Below are positions 57,213 to 64,000 of a DNA stretch of 64,000 nt, piece by piece. The stretch's first letter is position 1. The number at the start of each line of letters is the position of its first letter. The notes under the pieces are model-generated. The model ran no database searches, was not told the DNA's origin, and saw only the letters and a program-made list of their open reading frames with translations. The position numbers and the translations under genes were made by a program. Source of the stretch: Auanema rhodensis. Its lineage: Eukaryota; Animalia; Nematoda. The stretch spans positions 1,922,001 through 1,986,000 of the forward strand of contig OZ059895.1 of NCBI GenBank assembly GCA_964057225.1, given 5' to 3'.

Positions 57213-60200
57213 GAATAACATTGTCCATCGTCTTTGCCTTGAAAAAAGGAATCTAAAAACATCTACTTTTTGCTAAATTATTTTGAAATTTTTCGAAAAA
57301 ATTTTTGTCAAAATGTTTTTGGAAGCAATGTTGAGTGTACATGGAAACTCAACATACACTAATGCATCATTTTTCAAACGATCATAACTAATTTTTGTAT
57401 TAAGCGTTTCTCAATGTAGTATAGTGCATTCGATGCGGATTTTTAAGCTGCGTCGATCTGTGTTATCAGATTTGCGCTAGCTTAACAATGCACCGAGATA
57501 TCAACTGATATAAGTTCACACTTATATCCTCGATTTTCACCCTGAAGAATTAATTTTTTCGTTGAATAACATTGTCCATCGTCTTTGCCTTGAAAAATGG
57601 AATCTAAAAACATCTACTTTTTGCTAAATTATTTTGAAATTTTTCGAAAAAATTTTTGTCAAAATGTTTTTGGAAGCAATGTTGAGTGTACATGGAAACT
57701 CAACATACACTAATGCATCATTTTTCAAACGATTATAACTAATTTTTGTATTAAGCTTTTCTCAATGTAGTATAGTGCATTCGATGCGGATTTTTAAGCT
57801 GCGTCGATATGTGTTTTCAGATTTGCGCTAGCTTAAAAATGCACCGAGATATCAACTGATATAAGTTCACACTTATATCCTCGATTTTCACCCTGAAGAA
57901 TTAATTTTTTCGTTGAATAACATCGTCCATCGTCTTTGCCTTGAGAAATGGAATCTAAAAACATCTACTTTTTGCTAAATTATTTCGAAATTTTTCGAAA
58001 AAATTTTTGTCAAAATGTTTTTGGAAGCAATGTTGAGTGTACATGGAAACTCAACATACACTAATGCATCATTTTTCAAACGATCATAACTAATTTTTGT
58101 ATTAAGCTTTTCTCAATGTAGTATAGTGCATTCGATGCGGATTTTTAAGCTGCGTCGATCTGTGTTATCAGATTTGCGCTAGCTTAAAAATGCACCGAGA
58201 TATCAACTGATATAAGTTTACACTTATATCCTCGATTTTCACCCTGAAGAATTAATTTTTTCGTTGAATAACATCGTCCATCGTCTTTGCCTTGAAAAAT
58301 GGAATCTAAAAACATCTACTTTTTGCTAAATTATTTTGAAATTTTTCGAAAAAATTTTTGTCAAAATGTTTTTGGAAGCAATGTTGAGTGTACGTGGAAA
58401 CTCAACATACACTAATGCATCATTTTTCAAACGATCATAACTAATTTTTGTATTAAGCTTTTCTCAATGTAGTATAGTGCATTCGATGCGGATTTTTAAG
58501 CTGCGTCGATCTGTGTTATCAGATTTGCGCTAGCTTAAAAATGCACCGAGATATCAACTGATATAAGTTCACACTTATATCCTCGATTTTCACCCTGAAG
58601 AATTAATTTTTTCGTTGAATAACATTGTCCATCGTCTTTGCCTTGAAAAAAGGAATCTAAAAACATCTACTTTTTGCTAAATTATTTTGAAATTTTTCGA
58701 AAAAATTTTTGTCAAAATGTTTTTGGAAGCAATGTTGAGTGTACATGGAAACTCAACATACACTAATGCATCATTTTTCAAACGATCATAACTAATTTTT
58801 GTATTAAGCGTTTCTCAATGTAGTATAGTGCATTCGATGCGGATTTTTAAGCTGCGTCGATCTGTGTTATCAGATTTGCGCTAGCTTAAAAATGCACCGA
58901 GATATCAACTGATATAAGTTTACACTTATATCCTCGATTTTCACCCTGAAGAATTAATTTTTTCGTTGAATAACATCGTCCATCGTCTTTGCCTTGAAAA
59001 ATGGAATCTAAAAACATCTACTTTTTGCTAAATTATTTTGAAATTTTTCGAAAAAATTTTTGTCAAAATGTTTTTGGAAGCAATGTTGAGTGTACGTGGA
59101 AACTCAACATACACTAATGCATCATTTTTCAAACGATCATAACTAATTTTTGTATTAAGCTTTTCTCAATGTAGTATAGTGCATTCGATGCGGATTTTTA
59201 AGCTGCGTCGATCTGTGTTATCAGATTTGCGCTAGCTTAAAAATGCACCGAGATATCAACTGATATAAGTTCACACTTATATCCTCGATTTTCACCCTGA
59301 AGAATTAATTTTTTCGTTGAATAACATTGTCCATCGTCTTTGCCTTGAAAAAAGGAATCTAAAAACATCTACTTTTTGCTAAATTATTTTGAAATTTTTC
59401 GAAAAAATTTTTGTCAAAATGTTTTTGGAAGCAATGTTGAGTGTACATGGAAACTCAACATACACTAATGCATCATTTTTCAAACGATCATAACTAATTT
59501 TTGTATTAAGCGTTTCTCAATGTAGTATAGTGCATTCGATGCGGATTTTTAAGCTGCGTCGATCTGTGTTATCAGATTTGCGCTAGCTTAAAAATGCACC
59601 GAGATATCAACTGATATAAGTTCACACTTATATCCTCGATTTTCACCCTGAAGAATTAATTTTTTCGTTGAATAACATTGTCCATCGTCTTTGCCTTGAA
59701 AAAAGGAATCTAAAAACATCTACTTTTTGCTAAATTATTTCGAAATTTTTCGAAAAAATTTTTGTCAAAATGTTTTTGGAAGCAATGTTGAGTGTACATG
59801 GAAACTCAACATACACTAATGCATCATTTTTCAAACGATCATAACTAATTTTTGTATTAAGCTTTTCTCAATGTAGTATAGTGCATTCGATGCGGATTTT
59901 TAAGCTGCGTCGATCTGTGTTATCAGATTTGCGCTAGCTTAAAAATGCACCGAGATATCAACTGATATAAGTTCACACTTATATCCTCGATTTTCACCCT
60001 GAAGAATTAATTTTTTCGTTGAATAACATCGTCCATCGTCTTTGCCTTGAAAAATGGAATCTAAAAACATCTACTTTTTGCTAAATTATTTTGAAATTTT
60101 TCGAAAAAATTTTTGTCAAAATGTTTTTGGAAGCAATGTTGAGTGTACGTGGAAACTCAACATACACTAATGCATCATTTTTCAAACGATCATAACTAAT

Positions 60201-63200
60201 TTTTGTATTAAGCGTTTTTCAATGTAGTATAGTGCATTCGATGCGGATTTTTAAGCTGCGTCGATCTGTGTTATCAGATTTGCGCTAGCTTAACAATGCA
60301 CCGAGATATCAACTGATATAAGTTCACACTTATATCCTCGATTTTCACCCTGAAGAATTAATTTTTTCGTTGAATAACATCGTCCATCGTCTTTGCCTTG
60401 AAAAATGGAATCTAAAAACATCTACTTTTTGCTAAATTATTTTGAAATTTTTCGAAAAAATTTTTGTCAAAATGTTTTTGGAAGCAATGTTGAGTGTACA
60501 TGGAAACTCAACATACACTAATGCATCATTTTTCAAACGATTATAACTAATTTTTGTATTACGCTTTTCTCAATGTAGTATAGTGCATTCGATGCGGATT
60601 TTTAAGCTGCGTCGATCTGTGTTATCAGATTTGCGCTAGCTTAAAAATGCACCGAGATATCAACTGATATAAGTTTACACTTATATCCTCGATTTTCACC
60701 CTGAAGAATTAATTTTTTCGTTGAATAACATCGTCCATCGTCTTTGCCTTGAAAAATGGAATCTAAAAACATCTACTTTTTGCTAAATTATTTTGAAATT
60801 TTTCGAAAAAATTTTTGTCAAAATGTTTTTGGAAGCAATGTTGAGTGTACGTGGAAACTCAACATACACTAATGCATCATTTTTCAAACGATCATAACTA
60901 ATTTTTGTATTAAGCTTTTCTCAATGTAGTATAGTGCATTCGATGCGGATTTTTAAGCTGCGTCGATCTGTGTTATCAGATTTGCGCTAGCTTAGAAATG
61001 CACCGAGATATCAACTGATATAAGTTCACACTTATATCCTCGATTTTCACCCTGAAGAATTAATTTTTTCGTTGAATAACATTGTCCATCGTCTTTGCCT
61101 TGAAAAAAGGAATCTAAAAACATCTACTTTTTGCTAAATTATTTTGAAATTTTTCGAAAAAATTTTTGTCAAAATGTTTTTGGAAGCAATGTTGAGTGTA
61201 CATGGAAACTCAACATACACTAATGCATCATTTTTCAAACGATCATAACTAATTTTTGTATTAAGCTTTTCTCAATGTAGTATAGTGCATTCGATGCGGA
61301 TTTTTAAGCTGCGTCGATCTGTGTTATCAGATTTGCGCTAGCTTAAAAATGCACCGAGATATCAACTGATATAAGTTTACACTTATATCCTCGATTTTCA
61401 CCCTGAAGAATTAATTTTTTCGTTGAATAACATTGTCCATCGTCTTTGCCTTGAAAAATGGAATCTAAAAACATCTACTTTTTGCTAAATTATTTTGAAA
61501 TTTTTCGAAAAAATTTTTGTCAAAATGTTTTTGGAAGCAATGTTGAGTGTACGTGGAAACTCAACATACACTAATACATCATTTTTCAAACGATCATAAC
61601 TAATTTTTGTATTAAGCTTTTCTCAATGTAGTATAGTGCATTCGATGCGGATTTTTAAGCTGCGTCGATCTGTGTTATCAGATTTGCGCTAGCTTGAAAA
61701 TGCACCGAGATATCAACTGATATAAGTTCACACTTATATCCTCGATTTTCACCCTGAAGAATTAATTTTTTCGTTGAATAACATTGTCCATCGTCTTTGC
61801 CTTGAAAAAAGGAATCTAAAAACATCTACTTTTTGCTAAATTATTTTGAAATTTTTCGAAAAAATTTTTGTCAAAATGTTTTTGGAAGCAATGTTGAGTG
61901 TACATGGAAACTCAACATACACTAATGCATCATTTTTCAAACGATCATAACTAATTTTTGTATTAAGCGTTTCTCAATGTAGTATAGTGCATTCGATGCG
62001 GATTTTTAAGCTGCGTCGATCTGTGTTATCAGATTTGCGCTAGCTTAAAAATGCACCGAGATATCAACTGATATAAGTTCACACTTATATCCTCGATTTT
62101 CACCCTGAAGAATTAATTTTTTCGTTGAATAACATTGTCCATCGTCTTTGCCTTGAAAAAAGGAATCTAAAAACATCTACTTTTTGCTAAATTATTTTGA
62201 AATTTTTCGAAAAAATTTTTGTCAAAATGTTTTTGGAAGCAATGTTGAGTGTACATGGAAACTCAACATACACTAATGCATCATTTTTCAAACGATTATA
62301 ACTAATTTTTGTATTAAGCTTTTCTCAATGTAGTATAGTGCATTCGATGCGGATTTTTAAGCTGCGTCGATCTGTGTTATCAGATTTGCGCTAGCTTAAA
62401 AATGCACCGAGATATCAACTGATATAAGTTCACACTTATATCCTCGATTTTCACCCTGAAGAATTAATTTTTTCGTTGAATAACATTGTCCATCGTCTTT
62501 GCCTTGAAAAAAGGAATCTAAAAACATCTACTTTTTGCTAAATTATTTTGAAATTTTTCGAAAAAATTTTTGTCAAAATGTTTTTGGAAGCAATGTTGAG
62601 TGTACATGGAAACTCAACATACACTAATGCATCATTTTTCAAACGATCATAACTAATTTTTGTATTAAGCGTTTCTCATTGTAGTATAGTGCATTCGATG
62701 CGGATTTTTAAGCTGCGTCGATCTGTGTTATCAGATTTGCGCTAGCTTAAAAATGCACCGAGATATCAACTGATATAAGTTCACACTTATATCCTCGATT
62801 TTCACCCTGAAGAATTAATTTTTTCGTTGAATAACATTGTCCATCGTCTTTGCCTTGAAAAAAGGAATCTAAAAACATCTACTTTTTGCTAAATTATTTT
62901 GAAATTTTTCGAAAAAATTTTTGTCAAAATGTTTTTGGAAGCAATGTTGAGTGTACATGGAAACTCAACATACACTAATGCATCATTTTTCAAACGATCA
63001 TAACTAATTTTTGTATTAAGCTTTTCTCAATGTAGTATAGTGCATTCGATGCGGATTTTTAAGCTGCGTCGATCTGTGTTATCAGATTTGCGCTAGCTTA
63101 AAAATGCACCGAGATATCAACTGATATAAGTTCACACTTATATCCTCGATTTTCACCCTGAAGAATTAATTTTTTCGTTGAATAACATTGTCCATCGTCT

Positions 63201-64000
63201 TTGCCTTGAAAAAAGGAATCTAAAAACATCTACTTTTTGCTAAATTATTTTGAAATTTTTCGAAAAAATTTTTGTCAAAATGTTTTTGGAAGCAATGTTG
63301 AGTGTACATGGAAACTCAACATACACTAATGCATCATTTTTCAAACGATCATAACTAATTTTTGTATTAAGCGTTTCTCAATGTAGTATAGTGCATTCGA
63401 TGCGGATTTTTAAGCTGCGTCGATCTGTGTTATCAGATTTGCGCTAGCTTAAAAATGCACCGAGATATCAACTGATATAAGTTCACACTTATATCCTCGA
63501 TTTTCACCCTGAAGAATTAATTTTTTCGTTGAATAACATTGTCCATCGTCTTTGCCTTGAAAAAAGGAATCTAAAAACATCTACTTTTTGCTAAATTATT
63601 TTGAAATTTTTCGAAAAAATTTTTGTCAAAATGTTTTTGGAAGCAATGTTGAGTGTACGTGGAAACTCAACATACACTAATGCATCATTTTTCAAACGAT
63701 CATAACTAATTTTTGTATTAAGCGTTTCTCAATGTAGTATAGTGCATTCGATGCGGATTTTTAAGCTGCGTCGATCTGTGTTATCAGATTTGCGCTAGCT
63801 TAAAAATGCACCGAGATATCAACTGATATAAGTTTACACTTATATCCTCGATTTTCACCCTGAAGAATTAATTTTTTCGTTGAATAACATCGTCCATCGT
63901 CTTTGCCTTGAAAAATGGAATCTAAAAACATCTACTTTTTGCTAAATTATTTTGAAATTTTTCGAAAAAATTTTTGTCAAAATGTTTTTGGAAGCAATGT

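Larger units (their letters stand above)
1..64000. repeat. Satellite DNA array: 351-bp monomer, about 182.3 head-to-tail copies, running off both window edges
   Basis: GAATAACAT(T/C)GTCCATCG recurs at 1, 352, 703, ... 7021, 21061, 28081, 35101 and 42121 with an exact period of 351. After a 1-bp deletion it recurs at 45981, 53001, 60021 and 63882. No non-satellite sequence or inversion was seen. Confidence 0.99.

Noticed and set aside
1-64000. CRISPR-like array of hairpin repeats
   Set aside because: The sequences between hairpins are as conserved as the hairpins. There are no unique spacers and no cas genes.

Overview
The whole 64-kb window is one uninterrupted head-to-tail tandem array of a 351-bp AT-rich monomer (about 31% GC by hand count of copy 1). 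It holds 182 complete copies plus 119 bp of a 183rd, all in the same orientation and differing by only a few substitutions each. There is a single net indel, a 1-bp deletion near 45334. This is typical eukaryotic satellite DNA, possibly centromeric or pericentromeric; I do not recognise the family or host. I found no credible genes, RNA genes, transposon insertions or CRISPR spacers. The one listed ORF results from a chance stop-loss in one monomer. The interesting structure is at two scales. (1) About half of each monomer is occupied by inverted repeats, and several rare variants perfect these quasi-palindromes. (2) Diagnostic SNPs reveal nested duplications and nascent higher-order repeats (2, 3/4/5, 7/9, 8, 11 and 20/21 monomers) arranged in domains. 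Notation: monomer n starts at 1+351(n-1) for n<=130 and at 351(n-1) for n>=131; variants such as A30G are numbered by position within the monomer. All genotyping was by eye and needs confirmation by alignment.
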